Below are positions 18,383 to 27,071 of a DNA stretch of 64,000 nucleotides, one piece after another (the stretch's first letter is position 1; the number at the start of each line of letters is the position of its first letter). Below the pieces are notes generated by a model. The model was not told the origin of the DNA, did not search any database, and saw only the letters and a list, made by a program, of their open reading frames with translations. The position numbers and the translations under genes were made by a program. Origin of the DNA: Nitrospirota bacterium (lineage in GTDB: Bacteria; Nitrospirota; Nitrospiria; 2-01-FULL-66-17); the NCBI GenBank assembly GCA_049325295.1, contig JBMOMD010000021.1, positions 87,560 to 151,559 on the forward strand. Direction: 5' to 3'.

Positions 18383-19969
18383 CTAGCTCGCCGCGGCGTT
18401 GGTCGCGCGCGCGCGACGGCGTTTGATCAGGTCCCACACCGCGCGCGCTTCGTCCGTCTTCCACAGCGTGTGCAGCAGCCCATAGGCCGCGGCGGAGCCG
18501 GCGATCGCGGCGCTGATCAACGCGATTTTCACGATCCACGCGCCGGGTTCCTCCCACACCTCCAGGCCGCTTACGCCCCAGCCGATGAACGCGGCGGGTG
18601 CGCTGGCCACCACGGCGAGCGCGGCGGATCGCGCCACGCGCAACCCTCCGAACGGCCCCAATCGTCGGCGCAGCAGGATCAGAAGGACGACGAAATTGAC
18701 GCACGACGCGACCGCGGTGGCGAAGGCGAGTCCTCCGTGGCTCCAGGGACCCATCAGGACCAGGCTCAAACCGATATTAACCAACACGGACGCCGCGGCC
18801 ACCAGCACCGGGGTCCTGGTGTCCTGCCTCGCGTAGAACACCGGCACCACCACGCGCACGCCGGCGAACGCCCACAGGCCCACGGTGTACCCCAGCAAGG
18901 CCGTCGCGGTTCCCGCGGTGTCCGCGGCCAGGAACTTGCCGTGTTGGAACAGGACGTGGATGATCGGCGTTCGCAACGCGATCAACCCGACCATGGCGGG
19001 GATCGTGATGAACAGGATCAACCGCAGCCCGAACGCCATGGTGTCGCGGAGCGCCGCGGCGTCCTGTTTGGCGGCGTGGGTGGACAACGTGGGCAACAAT
19101 GCGGTGGACAACGCCACGCCGAACACGCCGAGCGGAAATTGCACGAGCCGCATCGCGTAATAGAGATACGTCACGCTGCCTTGGGCGAGGTATGACGCCA
19201 GGAGTGTGTTGATGAAGATATTGACCTGGGAAACGGAGAGCCCGACCAGGGTCGGAATCAACAGCAGGCCCATCCGTTTGAGGCCGGGGTGGGACGGTTG
19301 CCACAGCCATCCCAGGGACATGTCCGCGTGCCGCAGGCTCGGGAGCTGCACCAAGAGTTGCGCCAGTCCTCCGATGAACACGCCGCACGCCACGGCCAGG
19401 ACCGGCTCGTCGAGAAACGGCGCCAGTACGAACACGGACGCGATGATCGCCAGGTTGAACAACGCCGGGGACAACGCCGGGGCCGCGAACGCGCGCACCG
19501 AGTTGAGCACGCCCATGGCCAGCGCCGCGAGGCTGATCCAGAGCAGATAGGGGAACATGATGCGGGTCATGTCGGTGGTCAGCGCGGCCTTGCCGGGATC
19601 GTCGCCGAAGCCCGGCGCGATGACGGCGACCAGCCAGGGCGCGAACGCCATGCCGAGCACGGTCACCGCCGTCACGATCACCAGGATCAGGCTGAACGCG
19701 GCGCGGGCCAGTCGGCGGGCTTCCTCACGCGACTCGGTCGTCAACGTCTGGGTGAAGACCGGCACGAACGCCGCGGACATGGACCCTTCCGCGAAGAGTT
19801 CCCGCAGCAGGCTGGGAATGCGGTACGCGACGTAAAACGCGTCCGCCACCTGACTGGCGCCGAACGCCCGTGCCACCACCATGTCCCGCACGAACCCCAG
19901 CACGCGGCTCAGCAGCGTGGCCCCTCCGATGATCCCGGCGGCTTTGACGACCTGGCGCGCCTCGTTCAT
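18383..19969 (-). CDS. murJ: Lipid II flippase MurJ (MviN)
   Basis: 528 aa polytopic protein. The N-terminus 'LSRVLGFVRDMVVARAFGAS..ADAFYVAYRIPSLLRELFAEGSMSAAFVP' is the MurJ signature. Confidence 0.9.
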   Translation of the reverse strand: MNEARQVVKAAGIIGGATLLSRVLGFVRDMVVARAFGASQVADAFYVAYRIPSLLRELFAEGSMSAAFVPVFTQTLTTESREEARRLARAAFSLILVIVTAVTVLGMAFAPWLVAVIAPGFGDDPGKAALTTDMTRIMFPYLLWISLAALAMGVLNSVRAFAAPALSPALFNLAIIASVFVLAPFLDEPVLAVACGVFIGGLAQLLVQLPSLRHADMSLGWLWQPSHPGLKRMGLLLIPTLVGLSVSQVNIFINTLLASYLAQGSVTYLYYAMRLVQFPLGVFGVALSTALLPTLSTHAAKQDAAALRDTMAFGLRLILFITIPAMVGLIALRTPIIHVLFQHGKFLAADTAGTATALLGYTVGLWAFAGVRVVVPVFYARQDTRTPVLVAAASVLVNIGLSLVLMGPWSHGGLAFATAVASCVNFVVLLILLRRRLGPFGGLRVARSAALAVVASAPAAFIGWGVSGLEVWEEPGAWIVKIALISAAIAGSAAAYGLLHTLWKTDEARAVWDLIKRRRARATNAAAS

Positions 19970-20184
19970 GGCGGGGGCGGCATCGGGCTGCCGGTGACGA
20001 GCCCTGGATCCGGTTGCGGCGCAGTGACCCCGCGACGGCGGGAAGCCGGCGCGGGGTCGGTCAGCCCAGCGCTCTTGATCTTGACTTCGGCCACGTCAGC
20101 GTGCTACAGATCTCTGTTCGAATTCGCCGCGTGCGCGAATAGGCGCGTCAGCGCGGCGTCCGTGAAGGACAAGGAGAAGGGGTA

Positions 20185-20454
20185 ATGGGAGTTCACGCGT
20201 CGGCAATCAAGAAGGACCGGCAGGCGCTTCGCCGCCGGCAACATAACCGCACCATGATGGCGGCGATCAAAACCGCCGTCAAGAAGGTCCGCGCCGCGGT
20301 CAAGACCAAGGACGCGGCGGGCGCCAAACAGGCGCTCACCGAGGCGGTCCCCACGCTCTCGAAAGCGGCGTCCAAGAAACTCATTCATCGCAATCGGGCG
20401 TCACGGTTGATTTCGCGACTGACCCGCCATACCAACCGCGTCGCAGCGGGCTGA
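20185..20454 (+). CDS. rpsT: 30S ribosomal protein S20
   Basis: 89 aa and basic, with 'SAIKKDRQALRRRQHNR' and 'IHRNRASRLISRL'. AAGGAGAAGGGG Shine-Dalgarno. Confidence 0.9.
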   Translation: MGVHASAIKKDRQALRRRQHNRTMMAAIKTAVKKVRAAVKTKDAAGAKQALTEAVPTLSKAASKKLIHRNRASRLISRLTRHTNRVAAG

Positions 20455-21486
20455 CAACCCGGGCCACCAGGGCCCGGTCAGGCTCCGTCCGGTCGGAGCC
20501 GATTCCCCTTCGCACAACGCAGAGACCAGCCGCTCCATGGCGAGCGCCGGTTGGAGCGCGCCGCCTTTGATCGCGGCGTCCGTCTCCAGACACCACGTCA
20601 ATCCAGCGACCAGGCGGGCCGAGGAGCGGCGTTTCGCGGCGTCCGCGACGCGCGCCGCCGCAAACGGCGGCACCCCCAACGCGTTCGCCGCGGCCGACGC
20701 GGCGGCCCCGCCCTCGACCAACGCGCGATATCGCAACATTTTTCGCCACTGACCCGCCAGGATTGAGAGCATCAACAACGGGGCTTCATCGTGGAGGAGC
20801 CGCCTGGTGGCCGCCGTCGCGTCGGCGGCGTTGCCCATGGCCACGGCGTGCGCCCAATCAAACACCGACACCGCGGCGTCTCCGGGTGAGAGCACCGACA
20901 GATCATCGACCGTGAGCGCGCCGGTCGCCCCGCGGCGACTCACCGCGAGGGTTTCGAGATCCTGAACCGCGGCGCGCATGTTGCCGTCGGCGCGCGCCAG
21001 CAGGTACGACAACGCGTCGTTGTTCAGTCGAAAGCCGCGGCCTGAGGCCTCGCGTTGCAGCCACGTCCTGAGCGCGGCGGGTTTGAGCGGGTCGCACGTC
21101 ACGGTCACGGCCCGTTTGGCCAGGGCGCCCGCCCAGGACTTGCGTCGATCGAGTTTGGCCGTGATGAACACCAGGCAGGTGGTGGCGGCGGGGTCGTCGC
21201 AGTAGGCGGTGAGCAGGTCGGACGACGCGATTCGTTCCGCGTCGCGCACCACGATGAAGCGTCGCGTCGCAAAGGCCGGCAGCGTTTGGGCGACGGCCAC
21301 CAATTCCGACGCCGAGATCTCCGAGCCCGAAAACACGTGCGCGTTCATCACGTCGTCCGGCGGCGCCGCGTGGCGGCGCAACGCGGCCAGCGCGTCGTCC
21401 GCCAGCCAGGATTCCTCGCCCACGATCAAGTAAAGCGGGTCGATGCGTCCGGCGGCCAGTTGTTTGGCGAGCTCTTGCGGGGTCAC
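20401..21486 (-). CDS. holA: DNA polymerase III delta subunit
   Basis: N-terminus 'LAAGRIDPLYLIVGEESWL', correct length, and conserved leuS-lptE-holA synteny. Its 3' end overlaps rpsT by 54 nt. Confidence 0.75.
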   Translation of the reverse strand: MTPQELAKQLAAGRIDPLYLIVGEESWLADDALAALRRHAAPPDDVMNAHVFSGSEISASELVAVAQTLPAFATRRFIVVRDAERIASSDLLTAYCDDPAATTCLVFITAKLDRRKSWAGALAKRAVTVTCDPLKPAALRTWLQREASGRGFRLNNDALSYLLARADGNMRAAVQDLETLAVSRRGATGALTVDDLSVLSPGDAAVSVFDWAHAVAMGNAADATAATRRLLHDEAPLLMLSILAGQWRKMLRYRALVEGGAAASAAANALGVPPFAAARVADAAKRRSSARLVAGLTWCLETDAAIKGGALQPALAMERLVSALCEGESAPTGRSLTGPWWPGLSARCDAVGMAGQSRNQP

Positions 21487-22022
21487 GGCGCGACCGGGGC
21501 GGCCTCGGGTGGACTGGGCGCGCGGTCCTGCGCCAGCAGGTGCGTATACAACCGGGCGGTCAGTTCGTGCGCCACGTTGTCGGCCGCTTCATCGATCGCG
21601 CGGTCCTTGGCCGCGCGGGTCTGCAAGCTGTCCGCTGATTCCCGGTACTCCGCGGTCCCGGTGAGCGTGCCTTGAAACGGCACGCCCGTTCGCGGCGTGG
21701 CCGTGACTTCCGCGGTGACGGCCACCCGTTGCTCGAGGGGACGATGGGCCTCGTCGAAGGACATGGTGATGATCCCGAAGCCGGTCACGCTGCCCCGAAT
21801 CACGAGGTCGGCCGACTCGGGCGCGGAGACGAGTTTCCACGCGGCCATGGTCTCCACGCGCGATCGGACGCGTTCGGTCACGCGCGCGTCCAAGAACGGT
21901 TCGAACGTGCGATTGTCGAAGAGCGGAACCGCCACCGGAGTGGGCCCGGTTCCGTCGCGCGACGAGACCAGGCCGTACCCGCACCCGATCACGAGGATCG
22001 ACGCCGCGAGCGCCGCGACCAC
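21483..22022 (-). CDS. lptE: LPS-assembly lipoprotein LptE-like
   Basis: Position between leuS and holA. Lipobox 'LVIGCG'. There is no ATG near the signal peptide, so the GTG at 22022 was chosen. ORF 21483..22328 would add ~100 non-protein-like residues. Confidence 0.55.
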   Translation of the reverse strand: MVAALAASILVIGCGYGLVSSRDGTGPTPVAVPLFDNRTFEPFLDARVTERVRSRVETMAAWKLVSAPESADLVIRGSVTGFGIITMSFDEAHRPLEQRVAVTAEVTATPRTGVPFQGTLTGTAEYRESADSLQTRAAKDRAIDEAADNVAHELTARLYTHLLAQDRAPSPPEAAPVAP

Positions 22023-22129
22023 GTGGCCGGCATGATACGGGAAACCCCGCAGGTTGCTCAGAAAGCGCCAACCGCAAGGCCGCAGCGAAAAGAAACCCGG
22101 AAAGCGCACTGCGCCGCATTCTGGCGCTG

Positions 22130-22314
22130 ACAATGGTCCGTTCCTCTCGCTTGGCGAAGCAGCGCACTGGGTCGCACGCGAGACCGCATCGTGTGCGGGG
22201 TGACGCAATATCCGCCGAGCGAGAATCTGCACCGCGCGGAAGGCGCGGCATCGAATCGGTCGCTTCCTTGCAGATGGCGAAGCAACGCCGCGGATGGACT
22301 TGGTCGGCAACCTG
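22130..22314 (-). repeat. Degenerate, expanded relative of the structured element at 8608-8734 / 34815-34939
   Basis: The core AGCGCACTGGGTCGCACGCGAG (22161-22182) matches copy A at 19/22 positions. CAACGCCGCGGATGG (22283-22297) matches at 14/15. Extra hairpins lie between these blocks. Confidence 0.3.
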
Positions 22315-24795
22315 CTACGGAAGGACAAGATTCACCAGGCGGCCGGGGACGTAGATCACCTTTTTGGGCGTGCGCTCGCCGACCCATCCGCGGATTTTGG
22401 GGTCCGCGAGCGCGGCGGCCACGACCTCGTCTTGGGACGCGGCGGCCGCCACCACGAGGGTGCCGCGTAACTTACCGTTGATCTGAACCGGCACCGTGAC
22501 GTGAGAGTCCGTCAACCAGGCGGGGTCCGCGACCGGCCACGGCTGCTGCGCGACCGACGGTCCGTGCCCCAACTCGCCCCACAGTTCGTCGGCCAGGTGG
22601 GGCGCGAACGGCGCGAGCAACACCGCGAGGGTATCGAGCGCCTCGCGCATCGCGGGGCCCACCCCCGGGGATTCCGTGGGTTTGAACTCCGACAACGCGT
22701 TGACGTACTCCATGAGCCCGGCGACCGCGGTGTTGAAGTGATAGCCGTCCTCGACGTCGTCCGTCACCCGTCGGATCGTGCGGTGCATGGCGCGACGGAC
22801 GCGGGCGATCGCCTCCTCGCTTGCGGGAGCGTCCGCGGCGCGGACCGCGCCGGGCTCGACCCACGACGCGACCAGTCGCCACACGCGTCCCAGGAAGCGG
22901 TGCACGCCTTCCACGCCCTCGTCGCTCCACTCCAGGTCTTTTTCCGGCGGCGCCGCGAACAAGATGAACAGACGGGCCGTGTCCGCGCCGTAGGTGGAGA
23001 CGAGTTGATCGGGATCCACCACGTTGCCCTTGGACTTGGACATCTTGGCCCCGCCCTTGATGACCATGCCTTGCGTGAGCAGCCCGGTGAACGGCTCGTC
23101 CGCGCGGATCAATCCCAAATCTCGGATCACCTTGGTGAAAAATCGAGCGTAGAGCAAATGAAGCACGGCGTGTTCGATCCCGCCCACGTACTGATCCACC
23201 GGCATCCATCGCGCCGCGGCGTCGAGGTCCAGCGCGCGCGGGCCGCGCGGGGGCGGGTGCGTATAACGCAGGAAGTACCAGGACGAATCCACGAACGTGT
23301 CCATGGTATCGGTCTCGCGCCGCGCGGGGCCGCGGCACGTCGGGCACGCGGTCTCCACGAAGGCGCGACTCTCGGCGAGCGGCGATCCGCCCCGTCCGGT
23401 AAACGGGACGTCGTGCGGCAACGCAACCGGCAGTTGGTCCTCGGGCACCGGCACGACCCCGCAACGATCGCAATACACGATGGGAATGGGCGTGCCCCAG
23501 TAGCGTTGCCGGGAGACGCCCCAATCGCGCAGGCGGTAATTGACCACACGCCGGCCGAGCTTGCGCTGTTCCACCGCCTCCGCGATGCGGCGCTGCGCCT
23601 CCACCGGCGGCAACCCGCAGAACTCGCCGGACTCCACCAGGCGCCCCGCCTCCTCGACGTACGCGGCGGACAGGTCCGACGCGCTCAACGTGCCCGCGGG
23701 GTTCTGGATCACGATCCGGATCGGCAGGTCGTGTTGTTCGGCGAACTCAAAGTCGCGTTGATCGTGCGCGGGCACGGCCATCACCGCGCCGCTGCCGTAA
23801 CCCATCAGGACGAAGTTGCCGACCCAGATGGGCACGCGGTCGCCGCTCAACGGGTTCACCGCGTACGCGCCGGTGAAGACGCCTTCCTTCGTCGCCGTGT
23901 CCGCGGTGCGCGCGCGGGGGTCTTGCGCGCGCATCCGCGCCGCGAACGCGCGCACCGCCGCGGCCTCGGGTTTGCCCGCGATCAGCGACTCCACCAAGGG
24001 GTGCTCGGGGGCCAGGGTCATGAACGTGACGCCGAAGATGGTATCGGGGCGCGTGGTGAAAATCCGGACCGTCTGACCGCCGCCCTCCACCGGGAACTCG
24101 ACCTCCACGCCCTCGCTGCGTCCGATCCAATTGCGCTGCATGGTGAGCACGCGCTCGGGCCAGCCCGTGAGGCGGTCGCACCCCGCCAACAATTCCTCCG
24201 CGTAGGCCGTGATTTTGAAGAACCATTGCGACAACTCGCGCGACGTGACCGGGGTGTCGCAGCGCCAGCACCCGCCGTCCACCACCTGCTCGTTGGCCAG
24301 CACGGTCTCGCACGACGGGCACCAGTTCACGGCGGAGAACTTCTTGTACGCGAGGCCGCGTTCGAACATCTTGACGAAAAACCACTGGTTCCAGCGGTAG
24401 TAGTCCTCGTCGCAGGTCGTGACCTCGCGCGACCAGTCGTAGGACACGCCCAGCCGTTTGAGCTGGGTCCGCATGTGCGCGATGTTGTCGTAGGTCCAGG
24501 TGGCCGGGTGTACGCCCTGTTTGATCGCCGCGTTTTCCGCGGGCATGCCGAACGCGTCCCACCCGATCGGGTGCAGCACCGCCCGTCCCCGCATCCGCTG
24601 GTACCGCGCGATCACGTCGCCGATAGTGTACACCCGCACGTGCCCCATGTGGATGCGGCCCGAGGGATAGGGGAACATCGCGAGGCAGTAGAACTTTTGC
24701 CGCGCATCCGGCTCGGGCGTGGCAAAGAGTCGGGACGCGTCCCACGCGGCTTGCCAGCGCGCTTCGATGGCTTTCGGCTCGTATTTGGGGTTCAT
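22315..24795 (-). CDS. leuS: Leucyl-tRNA synthetase
   Basis: Starts at '[15 protein letters not shown]'. It has 'HMGHVRVY' and 'KMSKSKGN' motifs. The 22 codons upstream in the ORF were discarded. Confidence 0.95.
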   Translation of the reverse strand: MNPKYEPKAIEARWQAAWDASRLFATPEPDARQKFYCLAMFPYPSGRIHMGHVRVYTIGDVIARYQRMRGRAVLHPIGWDAFGMPAENAAIKQGVHPATWTYDNIAHMRTQLKRLGVSYDWSREVTTCDEDYYRWNQWFFVKMFERGLAYKKFSAVNWCPSCETVLANEQVVDGGCWRCDTPVTSRELSQWFFKITAYAEELLAGCDRLTGWPERVLTMQRNWIGRSEGVEVEFPVEGGGQTVRIFTTRPDTIFGVTFMTLAPEHPLVESLIAGKPEAAAVRAFAARMRAQDPRARTADTATKEGVFTGAYAVNPLSGDRVPIWVGNFVLMGYGSGAVMAVPAHDQRDFEFAEQHDLPIRIVIQNPAGTLSASDLSAAYVEEAGRLVESGEFCGLPPVEAQRRIAEAVEQRKLGRRVVNYRLRDWGVSRQRYWGTPIPIVYCDRCGVVPVPEDQLPVALPHDVPFTGRGGSPLAESRAFVETACPTCRGPARRETDTMDTFVDSSWYFLRYTHPPPRGPRALDLDAAARWMPVDQYVGGIEHAVLHLLYARFFTKVIRDLGLIRADEPFTGLLTQGMVIKGGAKMSKSKGNVVDPDQLVSTYGADTARLFILFAAPPEKDLEWSDEGVEGVHRFLGRVWRLVASWVEPGAVRAADAPASEEAIARVRRAMHRTIRRVTDDVEDGYHFNTAVAGLMEYVNALSEFKPTESPGVGPAMREALDTLAVLLAPFAPHLADELWGELGHGPSVAQQPWPVADPAWLTDSHVTVPVQINGKLRGTLVVAAAASQDEVVAAALADPKIRGWVGERTPKKVIYVPGRLVNLVLP

Positions 24796-24829
24796 CGCGG
24801 CAATGCTCGAAAGTGCGTTGCGAGCGCAG

Positions 24830-24929
24830 CCCCCGCAGCTTGTTGCGGGGTAAGCGAGCAAAACGAAAATCGTGCTCGTTGATCTCCGCTCACTTCGAAG
24901 CTCCCCTGCAGCTTGCTGCGGGGAGCTTC
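24830..24929. repeat. Tandem REP-like hairpins in the leuS / DUF971 divergent region
   Basis: CCCCGCA-gcttgt-TGCGGGG (24831-24850) and GAAGCTCCCC(T)GCAG-cttg-CTGCGGGGAGCTTC (24897-24929), with a third small hairpin CGAGCA..TGCTCG between them. Confidence 0.5.
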
Positions 24930-25025
24930 AATGGCCAGTTACATAACACAGTCGCGCGCGACGCGGCAAGCGCGGCCCGGTGTTGCGCGGGAAGGGAATG
25001 TTGAAGTAGAGTATCCATCCCGACA

Positions 25026-25376
25026 ATGATGGGGAACGTCATGGCCGCGCCGCATAAACCGGTTGAGATCGCCAAAGAAGGCGAGAGCGTGATCCGCATC
25101 ACGTGGGACGACGGACACCAGGGTCGGTACACGACGCGGTATTTGCGGGCGAGTTGCCAGTGCGCCGCGTGCGTGGACGAATGGACCGGCGAGCGCCACG
25201 TCACGATCGAGTCGATTCCCGAGGATATCCGCGCGCTCAAGATCGCGCCCGTGGGCCAATACGGGATCCACATTGATTGGAGCGACGGGCACGGGACCGG
25301 CATTTATGCGTTCGACGTGCTGCGCAAGCTGTGTCCGTGTGCGGGGTGTCTGGCCACCCCCATCTCCGCCTTATAG
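25026..25376 (+). CDS. DUF971-family protein (gamma-butyrobetaine-hydroxylase N-terminal-like)
   Basis: 'ITWDDGHQGRYTTRYLRASCQCAACVDEWTGER' and 'IHIDWSDGHGTGIYAF' fit the DUF971 pattern. An extra C-terminal 'CPCAGC' is present. Confidence 0.7.
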   Translation: MMGNVMAAPHKPVEIAKEGESVIRITWDDGHQGRYTTRYLRASCQCAACVDEWTGERHVTIESIPEDIRALKIAPVGQYGIHIDWSDGHGTGIYAFDVLRKLCPCAGCLATPISAL

Positions 25377-25400
25377 CCGAAGACCCGGAGTGATTGCGTC

Positions 25401-25649
25401 ATGGATGAGTGGGATGAGGGCAAGAAGCGGTTGACCGAGTTGGTCCGGGACCAGGCCTCCGAGGTGACGGTGGTGATTCCCACGCGGCCCACCGGCGGCA
25501 TGTTCCTGATCGCGTTGGCGCGGGGCAAGGCGAAGAAGTTCGTCTCGGTGTCCGAGGACGACTTGATCGATTTGGTCGACGACCACGCGGTCGAAACCGA
25601 GGTGATGACCAAGCTCAACGACGCGCTGCGCGGGTTGGCCGGAGGCTGA
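25401..25649 (+). CDS. Hypothetical protein (82 aa)
   Basis: ATG-started ORF packed 24 nt after the previous gene and 2 nt before the next. No motif recognised. Confidence 0.45.
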   Translation: MDEWDEGKKRLTELVRDQASEVTVVIPTRPTGGMFLIALARGKAKKFVSVSEDDLIDLVDDHAVETEVMTKLNDALRGLAGG

Positions 25650-25651
25650 CC

Positions 25652-26263
25652 GTGCGTGAGGTCGTGCCCGGCGTGTACGAGTGGTCGTGGTTCTCCGACG
25701 AGAAGCGGATCAACTTCAACGGTCACCTCGTGATCGCGGGGAGCGATCGCGTGTTGATCGATCCGCCGCCCATGACCGAGGCCGACCGCGCCGACATCGA
25801 GCGGCGAGGCGGGGTGACGGCGATCGTGCTCACCAACCGGGACCACGTGCGCGAGAGCGCCGCCTGTCAGCGGTGGTATGGCGCGTCCGTGTGGGTGCCC
25901 GCGGCGGACACGGCGTGGATTGACGTGCCGTTCGATCGCACGTATGAAGGCGCCAGCCGCGTGCCCGGGGGGCTCGTGGCGATCCGCGTGCCGGACGCGA
26001 AATCGCCGGGCGAATCCGCGTTGTGGTCGTCCGCGAAGCGCGCGTTGATCGTGGGGGACGCGGTCATCGGCAAACCGCCGGGCGCGTTGGGGATGTTGCC
26101 CGACGACAAGTTCGCGGATCCGGCCAAGGCACGGGCCGGTTTGCGCGTCTTGCTTGATGCCCGGTATGACTACGACGCGGTGTTGGTGGGAGACGGCGAG
26201 TCGATTCCGACCGGCGGCCATGCGGCGCTCGAACGCCTCGCGACCGCCGGCCGTGGCGCATAA
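25652..26263 (+). CDS. Metallo-beta-lactamase-fold-like protein with degenerate metal-binding motifs
   Basis: GTG after GGAGG. The layout is 'VLIDPP..', 'AIVLTNRDH', 'IVGDAV', 'VLVGDGESI'. The canonical HxHxDH and GHG histidines appear to be replaced. Confidence 0.55.
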   Translation: MREVVPGVYEWSWFSDEKRINFNGHLVIAGSDRVLIDPPPMTEADRADIERRGGVTAIVLTNRDHVRESAACQRWYGASVWVPAADTAWIDVPFDRTYEGASRVPGGLVAIRVPDAKSPGESALWSSAKRALIVGDAVIGKPPGALGMLPDDKFADPAKARAGLRVLLDARYDYDAVLVGDGESIPTGGHAALERLATAGRGA

Positions 26264-26275
26264 CGGAGGACCTCG

Positions 26276-26635
26276 ATGTTCAACATCTTCAATCGATACG
26301 ATCAGACCCCGGGCGGAGTCAACGTGGCGGGCGCCGAAGTCAAACAGCGGTTGGATCGCGGCGAGAAGGTGGTGCTCTTGGACGTGCGCGAGCCGTGGGA
26401 GTGGGACATCGCGCGAATCGAAGGCGCCACGCTGATTCCGTTGGGGCAACTGGACGCGCGCAAGGCCGAACTCAATCCGCAAGACGAGATCGTGATCTAT
26501 TGTCACATGGGCGTGCGCAGCCTGAAAGCGCTCCACTACCTCCAGCATCACGGCTTCACCAACCTGAAGAATCTGTCGGGCGGGATCGAAGCCTGGTCCG
26601 CGACCGTCGATTCTTCGGTGCCCCGGTACCGGTAG
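26276..26635 (+). CDS. Single-domain rhodanese sulfurtransferase
   Basis: 'VLLDVREPWEW', the active-site loop 'IYCHMGVRS', and 'LSGGIEAWS'. Confidence 0.8.
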   Translation: MFNIFNRYDQTPGGVNVAGAEVKQRLDRGEKVVLLDVREPWEWDIARIEGATLIPLGQLDARKAELNPQDEIVIYCHMGVRSLKALHYLQHHGFTNLKNLSGGIEAWSATVDSSVPRYR

Positions 26636-26636
26636 G

Positions 26637-26975
26637 GTGGACGGCGCGCCGCGGTTCGTGACGGTCGCGGCGGCGGCCGACCTGCCGCCGGGCGGTTCGT
26701 TGGCGGTTCGCGTCGAGGATGTTCCCGTCGCGTTGTTCAACGTCTCCGGGACGGTCCACGCGGTCGAGAACGTGTGCCCGCACGCCGGCGCGGCGCTGGC
26801 CCGCGGGGCCCGCACCGGCCCCGGCGGGGAGGTCGTGATCTGCCCGTTTCACGGGTGGCGCTTCGACGTGCGCACCGGTCGCTGCCTGCAGGTTCCGAGC
26901 GAAGCCGTTCGCACGTTTCCGGTGCGGGTGACCGATGGCGCGATCGAAGTCGACATCGGCGATCCCGTCGCATAG
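26637..26975 (+). CDS. Rieske [2Fe-2S] ferredoxin (NirD-like small subunit type)
   Basis: 'CPHAGAAL' and 'CPFHGWRFDVRTGRC' Rieske ligand boxes. GTG start 1 nt after the rhodanese stop. Confidence 0.75.
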   Translation: MDGAPRFVTVAAAADLPPGGSLAVRVEDVPVALFNVSGTVHAVENVCPHAGAALARGARTGPGGEVVICPFHGWRFDVRTGRCLQVPSEAVRTFPVRVTDGAIEVDIGDPVA

Positions 26976-27071
26976 TCCGGCGCGGCGCACGCCGCCTTGC
27001 CGCGATCCGGATGATCTGATACAGTCGGTCGCGTTGTCTCCAATATTCTCCACAGGCATGTCCACCGCGGA

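Noticed and set aside
20040-20184. A sigma70 promoter for rpsT (TTGACT at about 20085).
   Set aside because: The best -10 candidates (CTACAG or TACAGA at 17-18 nt) are poor. I was not confident enough to list it as a feature.
22023-22328. The N-terminal ~100 residues of ORF 21483..22328, which would overlap the leuS 3' end and give a 281-aa LptE.
   Set aside because: The segment is Arg/Cys/Pro-rich and precedes the lipoprotein signal peptide, which should be N-terminal. It also coincides with the degenerate repeat copy.
22501-24882. A 793-aa ORF on the plus strand opposite leuS. Similar long antisense ORFs occur opposite ileS (9417..10547, 11517..13058), larB/larC (29761..31935), the ligase (54657..56363), the sensor (33617..34969) and elsewhere.
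   Set aside because: They are Arg/Gly/Pro/Ala-rich and carry no motifs. They lie exactly antisense to genes with unambiguous conserved motifs. Long stop-free antisense frames are expected at ~65% GC.
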